A DNA stretch of 64,000 nt from Candidatus Poribacteria bacterium (GTDB taxonomy: Bacteria > Poribacteria > WGA-4E > JAJDTR01): contig CBDCTK010000002.1 in assembly GCA_965222225.1 (NCBI GenBank), positions 2,880,001-2,944,000 on the forward strand. The letters are read 5' to 3'. Below the pieces are notes generated by a model. That model was not told where the DNA came from and ran no database searches. It was given only the letters and a program-made list of their open reading frames with translations. The position numbers and the translations under genes are program-made. Of the stretch, positions 10,054 through 20,380 are shown in pieces. Position 1 is the stretch's first letter. Each line of letters opens with the position of its first letter.

Positions 10054-11070
10054 GTGACTGATATGCAGATCTGGATTATACGCGCATTCTTTATGATCTT
10101 GAGCGCTGCCTTCGGTTATGGCATAGATGGTATCTATGGAGGAGCTGTAGCGTTAATCGTCGCTATCATTGCGATTGGGCTTGAATCATCCGTCCCGCGT
10201 CCGCTACTTCGAGATTTCTTTGCTTGTCTAGTTGGGTTGACCTTTGGTCTTATTACTGCAGGTGTAGTCATTTACATTATGTCTCAAACGACCACAGTAA
10301 ACCCGATGGCAAAGATGGGCACAGTTCTCGTGATGAGTTATGCCGGAATGATGATTATCTATCGCAGACGAAAAAACTTTGGACTTTTCTCTCGACCTAC
10401 GCAAGGCGGGTCCTCCTCGTCACCAAGCTACAAGATTCTGGATACCAGTGTTATTATTGACGGCAGAATTCTTGAGATTTGCCAATCGGGATTTCTCACG
10501 GGCATCATCGTGATACCAAGATTTGTCCTGAACGAGTTACAGCACATCGCGGATTCCACGGAACAGCTCCGGCGAAACAAGGGACGACGTGGTTTTAAGA
10601 TTTTGCGTGATTTGCAGAATGACCCGGACATGGAGGTCGATATCACCGAGGAGGATTTTCCGGACATCGCCGAGGTTGACGCAAAGCTGGTTCGTCTTGC
10701 CCAAGAGCTGGATGCGAAGGTCGTGACAAACGACTTCAACTTGAGCAAAGTTGCGGAGCTGCAGGGCGTGACTGTTTTGAACATCAATGCACTTGCCAAT
10801 GCGGTCCGTCCCGTTGTGGTGGCTGGTGAGGTCATTCAGGTTCATGTTCTCAAAGAGGGCAAGGAGCTGAATCAAGGTGTTGGCTATCTTGATGATGGAA
10901 CGATGGTTATTGTCGAGGGTGGAAAGTCTCATGTCGGGCAGATAATTGATGTTGTGGTCACGCAAATGTTGAGGACGAGCGCGGGACAGATGATTTTCAC
11001 CCGTAGAAAAGCCGATGAAGTGGACGCAAACGAATCAGAAGATATGCGCTCTTATCCCCGCGGCTGGTAG
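10054..11070 (+). CDS. Membrane PIN/TRAM-domain protein (YacL-like)
   Basis: TM helices, KILDTSVIIDGRI, TNDFNL.KVA and QGVGYLDDGTMVIVE motifs; classic radA-yacL-ispD-ispF synteny. Confidence 0.93.
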   Translation: MTDMQIWIIRAFFMILSAAFGYGIDGIYGGAVALIVAIIAIGLESSVPRPLLRDFFACLVGLTFGLITAGVVIYIMSQTTTVNPMAKMGTVLVMSYAGMMIIYRRRKNFGLFSRPTQGGSSSSPSYKILDTSVIIDGRILEICQSGFLTGIIVIPRFVLNELQHIADSTEQLRRNKGRRGFKILRDLQNDPDMEVDITEEDFPDIAEVDAKLVRLAQELDAKVVTNDFNLSKVAELQGVTVLNINALANAVRPVVVAGEVIQVHVLKEGKELNQGVGYLDDGTMVIVEGGKSHVGQIIDVVVTQMLRTSAGQMIFTRRKADEVDANESEDMRSYPRGW

Positions 11071-11728
11071 TGGTAGCCGGATGCGGAACTCGGCGAAGAA
11101 GCCGTACCTCAATCTAGGTGATAAACCGATTCTCGTACATACAATTGGCGTATTTGATCGAAATCCGGTCATTGATACAATCTCCGTAATTGTTGATGCC
11201 GCCGATCTGGAGATGTGCCAATCGACGGTTATCGCTCCGAATGCTTTCCAAAAGGTGGGAGACTTGGTTGTCGGTGGAGAAACACGCCAAGCGTCTGTGT
11301 TCAATGGCCTTCAATCTCTACCGACCGATGTAGATTGTGTCATCGTTCATGACGGGGTTCGTCCGTTTGTGACAGATGAGGTTATCTTTGCCTGTATTGA
11401 GGCGGCTGACGAGTGGGGAGCGGCTGTAGCAGCCGTTCCGGTTAAGGATACAATCAAGGTTGCAAGCGCGGACGGATTTATCGTGGACACACCGGATCGA
11501 GATAAATTGTGGTCAGTGCAGACGCCTCAAGCCTTCCGCGCAACGGTGCTATTAGACTCACATGCGTATGCACAACGGCAGCGGATAACAGCAACCGACG
11601 ACGCTATGCTTGTCGAGCAACTCGGCTTCAAGGTTAAGATAGTCTCGGGAAGCGATTCCAACTTGAAGATTACAACTCCCGGCGATCTGATAATTGCCGA
11701 GGCGCTGAAGAGGGGGGCATGCGCGTAG
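11015..11728 (+). CDS. ispD: 2-C-methyl-D-erythritol 4-phosphate cytidylyltransferase
   Basis: [31 protein letters not shown] and NLKITTP.D motifs. Confidence 0.97.
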   Translation: MKWTQTNQKICALIPAAGSGSRMRNSAKKPYLNLGDKPILVHTIGVFDRNPVIDTISVIVDAADLEMCQSTVIAPNAFQKVGDLVVGGETRQASVFNGLQSLPTDVDCVIVHDGVRPFVTDEVIFACIEAADEWGAAVAAVPVKDTIKVASADGFIVDTPDRDKLWSVQTPQAFRATVLLDSHAYAQRQRITATDDAMLVEQLGFKVKIVSGSDSNLKITTPGDLIIAEALKRGACA

Positions 11729-12198
11729 GAATTGGTTACGACCTTCACCGACTCGTGCCAAACCGCAAGTTGATTCTGGGCGGTGTTGAAATTCCACACA
11801 CGCTAGGGTTGCTAGGACACTCGGATGCGGATGTACTGACCCATGCTATCAGTGATGCGATATTGGGCGCCGCGGCGTTGGGAGACATCGGTTCGCATTT
11901 TCCGGATACCGACCCCGCGTACGAAGGGATAAACAGTCTCATTCTGCTCCGAAAGGTGAAAGCCAAAGTCGAGAATCTGGGTTTCGTCGTTCAGAATGTG
12001 GACAGTACAGTCATCGCTCAACGACCAAAGTTAGCGCCTCATATTCCCGAAATGCGGGGGCGTCTTGCTGCAACCTTAGGACTTTCCGCAAATGAGGTTA
12101 ACGTCAAAGCCACAACGTGGGAAGGCGTAGGCGTCGTTGGCAAGGAGGAGGCAATCGTAGCTCAAGCGATTGTCTGTCTGGTTGAGCATCGGGACTAA
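11719..12198 (+). CDS. ispF: 2-C-methyl-D-erythritol 2,4-cyclodiphosphate synthase
   Basis: GIGYDLH, GHSDADV..HA and GDIG.HFP motifs. Confidence 0.97.
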   Translation: MRVGIGYDLHRLVPNRKLILGGVEIPHTLGLLGHSDADVLTHAISDAILGAAALGDIGSHFPDTDPAYEGINSLILLRKVKAKVENLGFVVQNVDSTVIAQRPKLAPHIPEMRGRLAATLGLSANEVNVKATTWEGVGVVGKEEAIVAQAIVCLVEHRD

Positions 12199-12249
12199 GA
12201 TTAAGGATTGTGCTACAGGGGTCAATCATCATTTTCCAGAGGCAAATAG

Positions 12250-13707
12250 ATGGCGTTGCATATTTATAATTCGCTCAACCGACAACTAGAAGAATTTATT
12301 CCGCTTCAAGATGGAAAAGTGTTAATGTATAGTTGCGGTCCCACGGTCTATGATTTCTTTCACATCGGCAATGCCCGTACATTCTTGGTTTCCGATATTG
12401 TTCGCCGCTACCTTGAATACAAAGGGTATTCGGTCACATTAGTACAAAACCTTACGGACATTGATGATAAGATTATCAACCGTGCATCAGAGATGGGAAT
12501 AGACGTACCGTTGCTCGCCAAGAACAATGCGGAGGCGTATTTTGAGGATTCGGAGTGTCTTGGCATTCGCGCGGCAGACGTTCATCCGAGAGCAACCGAA
12601 CATATTCCGGAGATTATTGAATTAATCCGTATCCTGATGGATAAAGGGGCTGCGTATGCCGTGGATGGCGATGTGTACTACCGCGTGGACTGCTTTGATG
12701 GATACGGTAAGCTCTCCCATCGCCGTCCCGAAGATTTGCTTGCCGGAGCGAGAGTTGAAGTCAATGAGCGAAAAGAGGACGCGCGAGATTTTGACCTGTG
12801 GAAGAAAGCCAAGCCGGGAGAGCCTTGGTGGGACAGCCCTTGGGGAAAGGGGCGCCCCGGGTGGCATATCGAATGTTCCGCAATGGCGATGAAGCACCTT
12901 GGTGAGACGATTGACATTCATGCTGGCGGACAAGATCTCCAATTCCCGCATCATGAAAATGAGATTGCCCAGAGCGAGTTGGCAACGGGAAAACCGTTTG
13001 CGCGATACTGGCTGCACGTCGCATTCTTGCGGGTTAATGGGCAGCGCATGGGAAAGTCGGAACGGAATTTCATCTTTGTGCGCGATGCTCTAAAGGATTA
13101 TTCTGCCGAAGCGATTCGCCACTTCCTAATCTCGGCACACTACCGTCATCCATTGGACTATAGTTCATCAAGCCTAAAGGAGTCGAGCAGCGCGATACGA
13201 CGTTTGAATAATTGTCTAGATGCCTTGAAACCGTACCAAAGTATGACCGACACGAGTCTTCTAGACAGCGATACTTTTAGCGAAGTTGATACTTCAATTC
13301 TTGAGGCGATTCAATCCATGCGAGATGGATTTGAAGAGGCTATGGATGCCGACTTCAATACGGCTAGGGCGATAGGGGAAATTTTCAAATTTGTCGGCGA
13401 AGTCAACCAAACACTTGCGGAAACTGGCGAGAATCTTGCCGACACCACAAAAGCGGCGTTGGGTAGAGGATATGGTAGCCTTAAAGAGATGTGTGAAGTA
13501 CTTGGAATTTACAGTGAATTGACCGAATCCGGCGATGGGAACATGGAGTTGCTGAATCAGTTAATGAATCTCATTATAGAAATACGTCAAACGGCGAGGC
13601 TGCACAAAGATTGGGAAACCGCGGATAAAATTCGTGATAGGCTAAAACAACTCAATATCGAGTTGCAAGATACTCGACACGATGTAACTTGGAAAATCAC
13701 CGATTAA
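12250..13707 (+). CDS. cysS: Cysteine--tRNA ligase
   Basis: CGPTVYD..HIGNAR, GRPGWHIECSAM, DL.FPHHENE and RMGKS (KMSKS-like) motifs. Confidence 0.98.
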   Translation: MALHIYNSLNRQLEEFIPLQDGKVLMYSCGPTVYDFFHIGNARTFLVSDIVRRYLEYKGYSVTLVQNLTDIDDKIINRASEMGIDVPLLAKNNAEAYFEDSECLGIRAADVHPRATEHIPEIIELIRILMDKGAAYAVDGDVYYRVDCFDGYGKLSHRRPEDLLAGARVEVNERKEDARDFDLWKKAKPGEPWWDSPWGKGRPGWHIECSAMAMKHLGETIDIHAGGQDLQFPHHENEIAQSELATGKPFARYWLHVAFLRVNGQRMGKSERNFIFVRDALKDYSAEAIRHFLISAHYRHPLDYSSSSLKESSSAIRRLNNCLDALKPYQSMTDTSLLDSDTFSEVDTSILEAIQSMRDGFEEAMDADFNTARAIGEIFKFVGEVNQTLAETGENLADTTKAALGRGYGSLKEMCEVLGIYSELTESGDGNMELLNQLMNLIIEIRQTARLHKDWETADKIRDRLKQLNIELQDTRHDVTWKITD

Positions 13708-13830
13708 GGTTCTGCACCACGCGAAAATTACTAAAGAAAAACGCATTTTATTTTGGGATCTTGGGTTCAACGACTATTCAGCCAAAGGGGGAACCTACTA
13801 CCCCGATTCTCAATATACAAGGAGTTCAAA

Positions 13831-14469
13831 ATGTCTCGTTTAACTGTTTCCTTATTGCTGTTTATCTGCCTTTTGGGCATTCCTTCCTGTTCTAAAGTCA
13901 TCTCAAAACAGGAATGGAGTGAAAATTACGCGCTTATGGATGGGGTGAAGTCTACAAGCCCTGAAATGATTGATGGGAACCTGAAAACTCTCGGCAAAAC
14001 ACTATTCCCTGTTGAACAAAACCTCTACGGCGGAAGCCCCGCTTCCGATGTGGTTATCACGTTGCCGAAAAAACGAAAGATTAGCCGAATAGTCATTCAT
14101 TCGCAAAATTTGAAGACATTCGACGTGTTAGCCGATAAAGGGGGAGGCACCGGTGACCGGATAGATTGGAAACTGGTCGGAGAGGTTAAGAGCGTTCAGA
14201 AAAACCTCGTAGATCTGTCCTTAGGCGGCACATTTCCTACTGATAGAATTAGGGTCCGCGTACTGTCGACGAGCGACGATGCGGAACTCCGACGTAGACA
14301 CAGAGCACGTACCGGTGGCGGCCGAGGACACGGCGCCCACCGTCGTGCCGCCGGGGAAATCTTTGAGGTCGAATTGTACGGCTATCAATCGGCAGGGGAA
14401 ATCGCGGAAAAGGAGGCGGAAGAAATACTTGATTCCCGCGAGAAGGAACTCGATGACTTGTTGAAGTAA
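13831..14469 (+). CDS. Putative lipoprotein, discoidin/beta-sandwich-like, function unknown
   Basis: AAGGAG RBS before ATG 13831; signal peptide with Cys; 'WS.N.A...EVELYG' pattern shared with the next gene. Confidence 0.65.
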   Translation: MSRLTVSLLLFICLLGIPSCSKVISKQEWSENYALMDGVKSTSPEMIDGNLKTLGKTLFPVEQNLYGGSPASDVVITLPKKRKISRIVIHSQNLKTFDVLADKGGGTGDRIDWKLVGEVKSVQKNLVDLSLGGTFPTDRIRVRVLSTSDDAELRRRHRARTGGGRGHGAHRRAAGEIFEVELYGYQSAGEIAEKEAEEILDSREKELDDLLK

Positions 14470-14663
14470 CACGTGTCTTCCATTTTAAGATACGCAAGAG
14501 CTACAACCAATATAGAACTTACGTACTTTACCTTGAGGTAGCCCGACTCATTGGGCTTTATGAAGTTGTGTTCTGTGGCGGCGAATCGCGGAGCAAAGCA
14601 TTCTTGGAGTTTTAACTGCATGAGTCAACGTAAGGATATTTTGATCGCCGGGATTCTGTCAGC

Positions 14664-14692
14664 TTGCATTTGCTTGAAATCTTTTATATAAT
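14664..14692 (+). promoter_or_regulatory. Sigma70-type promoter TTGCAT-N17-TATAAT
   Basis: Exact 17-nt spacer; upstream of the gene at 14787. Confidence 0.6.
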
Positions 14693-14786
14693 GAATCGGC
14701 CACGTTAGCGGAAAGTTCTAGCCCGAGGGCAAATGTCTAGGGTTAGGGCATTGCGCTCGAATCTCTAATACCGAAGGAGGAAAAAA

Positions 14787-15383
14787 ATGCGTTCTACGGC
14801 ATTAACGTTTACACTTGTTATCATAGTCTCAGCCTTACTCGCGAGTTGTGTGAGTACCGGCCCCAAGGTCCAATGGAGTAAAAATCTCGCCATCGAAGCC
14901 ACTAGTCGGGATCCCAATTCCAGGTTCCACGACGACAATCTATATACAGAGGGAGAAACCGGCCCCATTGTTGAGGATGAAAAGGATAAGGAATCGCAAT
15001 TGGAAGCCGACAAATACAGCGAAGCCGTCCTTGAGTGGCTTAACCCTCAGAAGATACAGCGAGTTGTCATCAAAGCCGACATCGGCGAGATGGAATATTT
15101 CAGGATTCAGTATTTGGACGATCAGAAGGAATGGCTGACCCTTCGCGAGGTCAAGGATCATGTCCGAGAAGTATACCAGACCAAGTTTAAGGAACCGGTG
15201 ATGTCTCGCAAGCTACGCCTGTTGGTTCCGCGCTCTTGGGAGTCGCGTCGCGTTGGTGGCGGGAAGCGAACACAGAGAAGTGATGGCGGAGCGCCTGTTC
15301 TGACTTATAAGAAGATTCGAGAAATTGAAGTTTACTACGCTCTGCCGCCAGAGGAGCCGGTAGCACCGGTAGCAAGCGAGTGA
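14787..15383 (+). CDS. Putative lipoprotein, discoidin-like, distant paralog of 13831..14469
   Basis: AAGGAGG RBS; lipobox LASC; WSKNLA...IREIEVY pattern. Confidence 0.7.
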   Translation: MRSTALTFTLVIIVSALLASCVSTGPKVQWSKNLAIEATSRDPNSRFHDDNLYTEGETGPIVEDEKDKESQLEADKYSEAVLEWLNPQKIQRVVIKADIGEMEYFRIQYLDDQKEWLTLREVKDHVREVYQTKFKEPVMSRKLRLLVPRSWESRRVGGGKRTQRSDGGAPVLTYKKIREIEVYYALPPEEPVAPVASE

Positions 15384-15386
15384 GCG

Positions 15387-16619
15387 GTGCCAATGATATT
15401 CTCCGAGGAGACGAAGAGTTTAGTCCATCTCAGTATCATTCCCGGAGTGGGTTATCAAACCATACAACGTCTGTTGGTTGCCTTTGGCTCCGCGCAGAGA
15501 GCTTTAGACGCGACACTGGAAGAGCTAACTCAAGTTGAAGGGCTCTCCCCAAATGTTGGCCAACGGTTGATTCGTGGTAAATCCCGTGTTTTCGTAGACC
15601 AAGAATTGGAACTTATCGAGGCACACAATTGCCACTTGGTCGCCATCAATGACAGCGCCTACCCAATGCTCCTCAAGGAGATTGCCGATCCCCCACATTT
15701 GCTCTACGTGCGGGGTGAACTCGGTCAACCGGATGCGCCGAGCATAACTGTTGTCGGGACTCGAAGTCCGACGAACTACGGTAAGACAATTAGTCGCCAA
15801 TTAAGCCAACAACTCGCGGAAAACGGTGTTACCGTCATCAGCGGTTTTGCTAGAGGGATTGATACGTGCGCACACCAGGGGGCACTTCAGGCAAACGGGC
15901 GAACAATTGCTGTCCTCGGCAATGGCTTGAGTCAAATATACCCGGACGAAAACAAAGATCTCGCGGATGAAATCGTGAAATCCGGAGCGCTAATTTCGGA
16001 ATTTTCGATGTCGGTGCCGCCCTTTCCAAAGAACTTCCCGCGTCGCAACCGGTTGGTAAGCGGTATGAGTTCCGGAACGGTGGTGGTTGAAGCATCGGTT
16101 CGCAGCGGATCGTTGATTACCGCGCGCCACGCCGCGGAGCAGGGACGGGAAGTGTTCGCCGTACCAGGTCAAATTTTCTCCAATCAATCACGAGGCTCGC
16201 ACCAACTAATTAACCAAGGGGCGAAGTTGATAAACGCTATCGACGACATTTGGGAAGCCTTCCCGGATCGGCGTTTGACTCCAACCCTCACTTCTTCACT
16301 AGCTCAGCTCCCTTTAGATAGTAGCGCCGCTTCTCGGGGACGGGCGAACTCCAATCTCTTCGCCGAAGTGCTTGACCGAGATACATCTATCGGGAGTATG
16401 GGAACGCCTGCGGTAAAACCGACAATACAATCGACACCCGAGCTTAGCGCCGATGAACGAACTGTTCTTGAGGCAATTGATGTCCCATGTTCGCACATCG
16501 ACCAGATCGCTCGGACGGCATCGCTTCCTATGAACAAAGTCTCCAGTACGCTCGTTATGCTTGAACTCAAGGGAATCGTCCAGCAAATGCCGGGCAAGCA
16601 GTTTGCCCGACAATCGTAA
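15387..16619 (+). CDS. dprA: DNA-processing protein DprA
   Basis: VVGTR, SGFARGID..AH, FPRRNR.VSG, SGSLITA and GREVFAVPG motifs; C-terminal winged helix. Confidence 0.96.
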   Translation: MPMIFSEETKSLVHLSIIPGVGYQTIQRLLVAFGSAQRALDATLEELTQVEGLSPNVGQRLIRGKSRVFVDQELELIEAHNCHLVAINDSAYPMLLKEIADPPHLLYVRGELGQPDAPSITVVGTRSPTNYGKTISRQLSQQLAENGVTVISGFARGIDTCAHQGALQANGRTIAVLGNGLSQIYPDENKDLADEIVKSGALISEFSMSVPPFPKNFPRRNRLVSGMSSGTVVVEASVRSGSLITARHAAEQGREVFAVPGQIFSNQSRGSHQLINQGAKLINAIDDIWEAFPDRRLTPTLTSSLAQLPLDSSAASRGRANSNLFAEVLDRDTSIGSMGTPAVKPTIQSTPELSADERTVLEAIDVPCSHIDQIARTASLPMNKVSSTLVMLELKGIVQQMPGKQFARQS

Positions 16620-16641
16620 TTGACAGACGGAGATTATAGAC

Positions 16642-17607
16642 GTGCAGTCAAAACCGCTGAGTTTTGAAAAACCGCTAAACGAACTCAATCAGCATATCGC
16701 GCAACTCAAAGGCTTTGCCGAAGCCAATCCCGAACTGGACCTAGCCCCGGGAATCGGAGCGCTTGAGAAAAACCTTGCCAACCTCACGAAGCAGGCGTTT
16801 CAAAAATTGACCCGCTGGGATAAGGTGTGGCTGGCGCGACACGAGCAGCGTCCGCAGGCGTCGACTTATATCCGAGCATTCTTCGATGATTCTATTGAGT
16901 TACGGGGGGATCGGTTACATGCGGATGACCGCGCGCTAATAGCCGGGTTGGCGCAGTTCGATGGACACCCCATCGCGTACTTGGCGCAGCAGAAGGGCAC
17001 AAATCTTGAAGAGCGGCAAGAAATGAATTTCGGGTACACGCACCCGGAGGGTTACCGCAAAGCACGGCGCGTGATGAAATTGGCGGAAAAGTTTGGTTTG
17101 CCTTTAATTTGCCTTGTCGATACCCCGGGCGCCCACTTCGATCGACGCTCGGAGGAATATGGGCAAGCCATGGCGATTGCCGAGAATCTCGCCGAGATGG
17201 CGTCGTTGCGCGTACCGATTATTGTTGTCTTGATTGGCGAAGGAGGCAGCGGGGGCGCGTTAGCCATTGCGGTTGGAGATCGAGTGCTTATGATGGAGCA
17301 CGCGGTGTACTGTGTCGCGCCTCCCGAGGCGTGCAGCGGCATTGTGTGGAAGGATCAGGGACAACACGCCCCCGAAGCGGCGGAAGGGCTCAAACCAACT
17401 GCGGACGATTTGTTGAAGCTGGGAATCATTGATGAAATCATCCCCGAGCCCCTCGGCGGAGCACACCGAGATGTCTCGCTTGCCACCAGACGGGTCAAGA
17501 TGGCTATTCGAAAACATCTCAACGCATTGCTGGAGATTGATGCGGAGCAACTCGTCCAAGATCGATATGAGCGGTATCGAAAGATTGGCGTCTATGGTGA
17601 GGAGTGA
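16642..17607 (+). CDS. accA: Acetyl-CoA carboxylase carboxyltransferase alpha subunit
   Basis: PEGYRKA.R, DTPGA and IGEGGSGGALA motifs. Confidence 0.95.
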   Translation: MQSKPLSFEKPLNELNQHIAQLKGFAEANPELDLAPGIGALEKNLANLTKQAFQKLTRWDKVWLARHEQRPQASTYIRAFFDDSIELRGDRLHADDRALIAGLAQFDGHPIAYLAQQKGTNLEERQEMNFGYTHPEGYRKARRVMKLAEKFGLPLICLVDTPGAHFDRRSEEYGQAMAIAENLAEMASLRVPIIVVLIGEGGSGGALAIAVGDRVLMMEHAVYCVAPPEACSGIVWKDQGQHAPEAAEGLKPTADDLLKLGIIDEIIPEPLGGAHRDVSLATRRVKMAIRKHLNALLEIDAEQLVQDRYERYRKIGVYGEE

Positions 17608-17627
17608 AGATTGTCTAAATTCAGCGT

Positions 17628-17872
17628 TAAAAGCCTGTCTGAAAATAGATCTGTTGTTGGGAACGCAAATCTGTGTTCCCTACTTGCCTGATTCATAGAA
17701 ATAGACAAAGACGTAGAGAATAACGATCGTTATTCTCTACAACAGCCCTACATCATGTGGTTATCGTGGAAAACTACCATTTCTGCTTTTTGCGCAAGTC
17801 CTGTCTATTCCATCCTACCAATCTTCCCGCCTTCCATAAACGGGTTTTCCATCTAGATTAAACAGGCGCTAA
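17628..17872. repeat. Composite intergenic repeat: IS-end-like termini enclosing GTAG-type REP hairpins and an 8-nt-period tract
   Basis: Ends TTAAAAGCCTGTCTGAAA and TTAAACAGGCGCTAA; GTAGAGAATAACGATCGTTATTCTCTAC palindrome; TTCCATCC/TACCAATC/TTCCCGCC tract. Confidence 0.55.
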
Positions 17873-17911
17873 AACAACTCGCTCGACTATGATGTTTCCC
17901 CTGCCTTCGCT

Positions 17912-19072
17912 TTACTCTACAATTTCGGTTACGACGCCCATCCCAATCCGCGCTCCCATCTTCTTGATTTCAAAGCGTGTGCAGACCTGAAGCGCCATCG
18001 GGACATCAAGGGCAATAGACACATGCGCGTGCTCCCCGGGGTTGACCATCGGAACATCGGGAGGCAGGTGAAGGTGTCCGGTGACATCAATTGCCCAAAG
18101 ATGGATTTCGGGTTTATCGTTGCCAACAAGCGGCACGTGCGTCTTGCACTCCTCCGGCGTCATGACATAGACCGCCGCTTCAAAGACGGTATGGGATTTT
18201 ATGCTTTTCGGTTCCGACACCACCTGTCCCGGCGATATCCAACCGGGCTCGGCATCGACCTGCACCTCGCCATCTCGCAATGCGATCAAGCGCGTCTTGA
18301 CCCGCTCTCCCTTCCCTACAATGTCAACGGCGTGTCCGACAGCGAGCCCGCCTTGGATAACTTCGCCGCGTAGCGTTGAGATTCCCTTCGGATCGTCAGT
18401 CACTTCACGAATCGGCATCAACATCGGCAAATCTATAGGTTTAATCGGTTGGGGCATGCACCTGCCCATCGCAAGAATCAGATCGACAATCGGCTTCCAG
18501 TGCTCAGAGTCTAGATTGTGTCCCTTATATCTCAGCGCTTTCAGGGCGTCGCCAATGATAATCGATGAATTCTCCTCCTCGTAACCGTAATCCGTGAGAA
18601 GTTCGCGAATCTCCACCGCGCAAATCTCAATCAACTCCGGATCCTCAACCCTTTCGGTTTGATTGAGGAATGTAATAATGACGGGAACGTGAGTTTGGCG
18701 TGCAAGCCGAATCTGCGTCTCGGACGATTCGGTGACTCCATCGACCGCGCTCACCACCCAAATTGCTCCTCGGACTTCTGGCGAACCGCTAACCAGCATC
18801 TTGATGGTATCCGCATGGCTTAGGCAGTCGATTTGCGAGTAGTGTCTGCCACTCGTTTCATAGTCGACCGCGCGGTAATCAAGTCCCACGCCCTCACTAA
18901 TTGGGTGGTGACTCGCCTGTTGCGATTCGATGTCCTCCGAGTCTACCGGAGTCGATCCAATTCGAGACACCACTTTTGTCATCGCCGCGGTAAGTGAGGT
19001 TTTGCCCGCCTGCGCTCCCCCAAGCGTGCAAACTATCAGTGCTTCATGCCGGTAACCTCTTTTGTCGTCCAT
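17912..19072 (-). CDS. Divergent elongation factor Tu-like protein with degenerate GTPase motifs
   Basis: GKTSLTAAMTKV, YET..RHYSQIDC..HAD..K, GAI.VVSA.DG, LARQ..VP.I..FLN and F.A.VYV...EE align with EF-Tu domains I-III. Confidence 0.85.
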   Translation of the reverse strand: MDDKRGYRHEALIVCTLGGAQAGKTSLTAAMTKVVSRIGSTPVDSEDIESQQASHHPISEGVGLDYRAVDYETSGRHYSQIDCLSHADTIKMLVSGSPEVRGAIWVVSAVDGVTESSETQIRLARQTHVPVIITFLNQTERVEDPELIEICAVEIRELLTDYGYEEENSSIIIGDALKALRYKGHNLDSEHWKPIVDLILAMGRCMPQPIKPIDLPMLMPIREVTDDPKGISTLRGEVIQGGLAVGHAVDIVGKGERVKTRLIALRDGEVQVDAEPGWISPGQVVSEPKSIKSHTVFEAAVYVMTPEECKTHVPLVGNDKPEIHLWAIDVTGHLHLPPDVPMVNPGEHAHVSIALDVPMALQVCTRFEIKKMGARIGMGVVTEIVE

Positions 19073-19182
19073 GATTTCACCCTTCTATCCAAGATATTAT
19101 CTATAGTACCATGTTATCATATCATGACAGAAGGAAACAACAGCGACGTGATGCCCTGTGGCTCACGACGGGTTGTTTTCCG

Positions 19183-19211
19183 TTGACACGTGCTGCAACG
19201 AAACCTATAAT
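19183..19211 (+). promoter_or_regulatory. Consensus sigma70 promoter TTGACA-N17-TATAAT
   Basis: Perfect consensus; implies the PhyH gene starts downstream, at ATG 19262 after a GGAG RBS. Confidence 0.7.
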
Positions 19212-19261
19212 TGGCACGGCGTCCGCCATCCGAACCAAGCCCGCTAACTCTGGAGATGCAC

Positions 19262-20149
19262 ATGATTCTTACGATGAACAAACACCCGTTGGAGTTGAAC
19301 GGAAAATATCTGGGAATGCTGCGCGAAGCCAACGACCTTCTCAGCGACTCCGAGGCGCTAAATGCGCGACTCGAAGAGGACGGTTACCTGCTTATCCGCA
19401 CGCTTCACAACCGCAAGAAGGTCGAGACAGCCCGCCGATTTCTTCTTGAAAAGCTTGATGAGAATGGACAACTCGACACATCCTGTCCACTGTTACAGGG
19501 AGTTCCGGCGGTGGGCAAACGTGGCACATTCCTCGGAGGAAACAAGGCGGTGACCCACGATTCGGCTTTCCTAGACGTGGTCGAGTCTCCGGAGATTATG
19601 AGTTTCTGCGAAGGGTATTTCGACGCCCCCGTGATTACGTACGATTATAAGTGGCTGCGCGTGATTCAGCCGGGAGGATATTCGGGGGCGCACTACGACA
19701 TCGTTTATATGGGGCGCGGCACCAAGCGCGTTCTCACCTGCTGGACGCCGCTTGGCGATGTCCCCCTCGAAATGGGCCCGTTGATGCTTTTGGTCGGTTC
19801 GCATCGGTTTGAGGCGATTAGAAGAACCTACGCGGAAATGGATGTTGACAGGGATCACGTTACCGGTTCGTTTTCGTATGACCCGATTGAATTGGTCGAT
19901 CGCTATGGCGGAAGGTGGGGAACGAGTTCATTCGAGATGGGAGATGTGCTAATCTTCGGCATGTACACAATGCACGCTTCACTGGATAACACCACCAATC
20001 GCTTTCGGCTAAGCACCGACACTCGCTATCAACGCGCCGACGAACCGGTGGATGAACGTTGGATTGGTGATAACCCCATCGCTCATTATGCGTGGACAAA
20101 GGGCGAAACAGTACCGATGGAGGAGATGCGGAAACGGTGGGGAGTGTAA
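19262..20149 (+). CDS. Phytanoyl-CoA dioxygenase (PhyH) family Fe/2OG dioxygenase
   Basis: HYD (HxD) motif, TCWTPLGD, GSH, GDVLIF...H.S and R.STD.RY motifs. Confidence 0.9.
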   Translation: MILTMNKHPLELNGKYLGMLREANDLLSDSEALNARLEEDGYLLIRTLHNRKKVETARRFLLEKLDENGQLDTSCPLLQGVPAVGKRGTFLGGNKAVTHDSAFLDVVESPEIMSFCEGYFDAPVITYDYKWLRVIQPGGYSGAHYDIVYMGRGTKRVLTCWTPLGDVPLEMGPLMLLVGSHRFEAIRRTYAEMDVDRDHVTGSFSYDPIELVDRYGGRWGTSSFEMGDVLIFGMYTMHASLDNTTNRFRLSTDTRYQRADEPVDERWIGDNPIAHYAWTKGETVPMEEMRKRWGV

Positions 20150-20380
20150 AAAGGCTGGAAGATGGGAAGGGCGGAAGACGGGAAGACAACTGGCGGTTTG
20201 GGAAATACCAATCCCGAAACTCAAAGCGGAGCCAAACCCACGAAGATTACGCGTACAAAAACGGGGTAAACGGTTGTTAACCGGTTTCGCCAAAAGACGG
20301 ATTCGATTGTTCCAAATTCGCTATTGAAATCAATAGGCTGAATACCTGCAAACTCCTGTTTCGTAGATTGTGTTGTGGGT

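Noticed and set aside
13753-13830. Upstream TTG start for ORF 13753..14469
   Set aside because: The RBS and the signal peptide point to ATG 13831.
14695-14770. Possible riboswitch in the leader of the gene at 14787
   Set aside because: Some pairing potential exists, but no recognisable riboswitch consensus.
17912-19072. EF-Tu-like ORF as SelB or canonical tuf
   Set aside because: It lacks the SelB C-terminal winged-helix domains, and its G motifs are too degenerate for a housekeeping EF-Tu.
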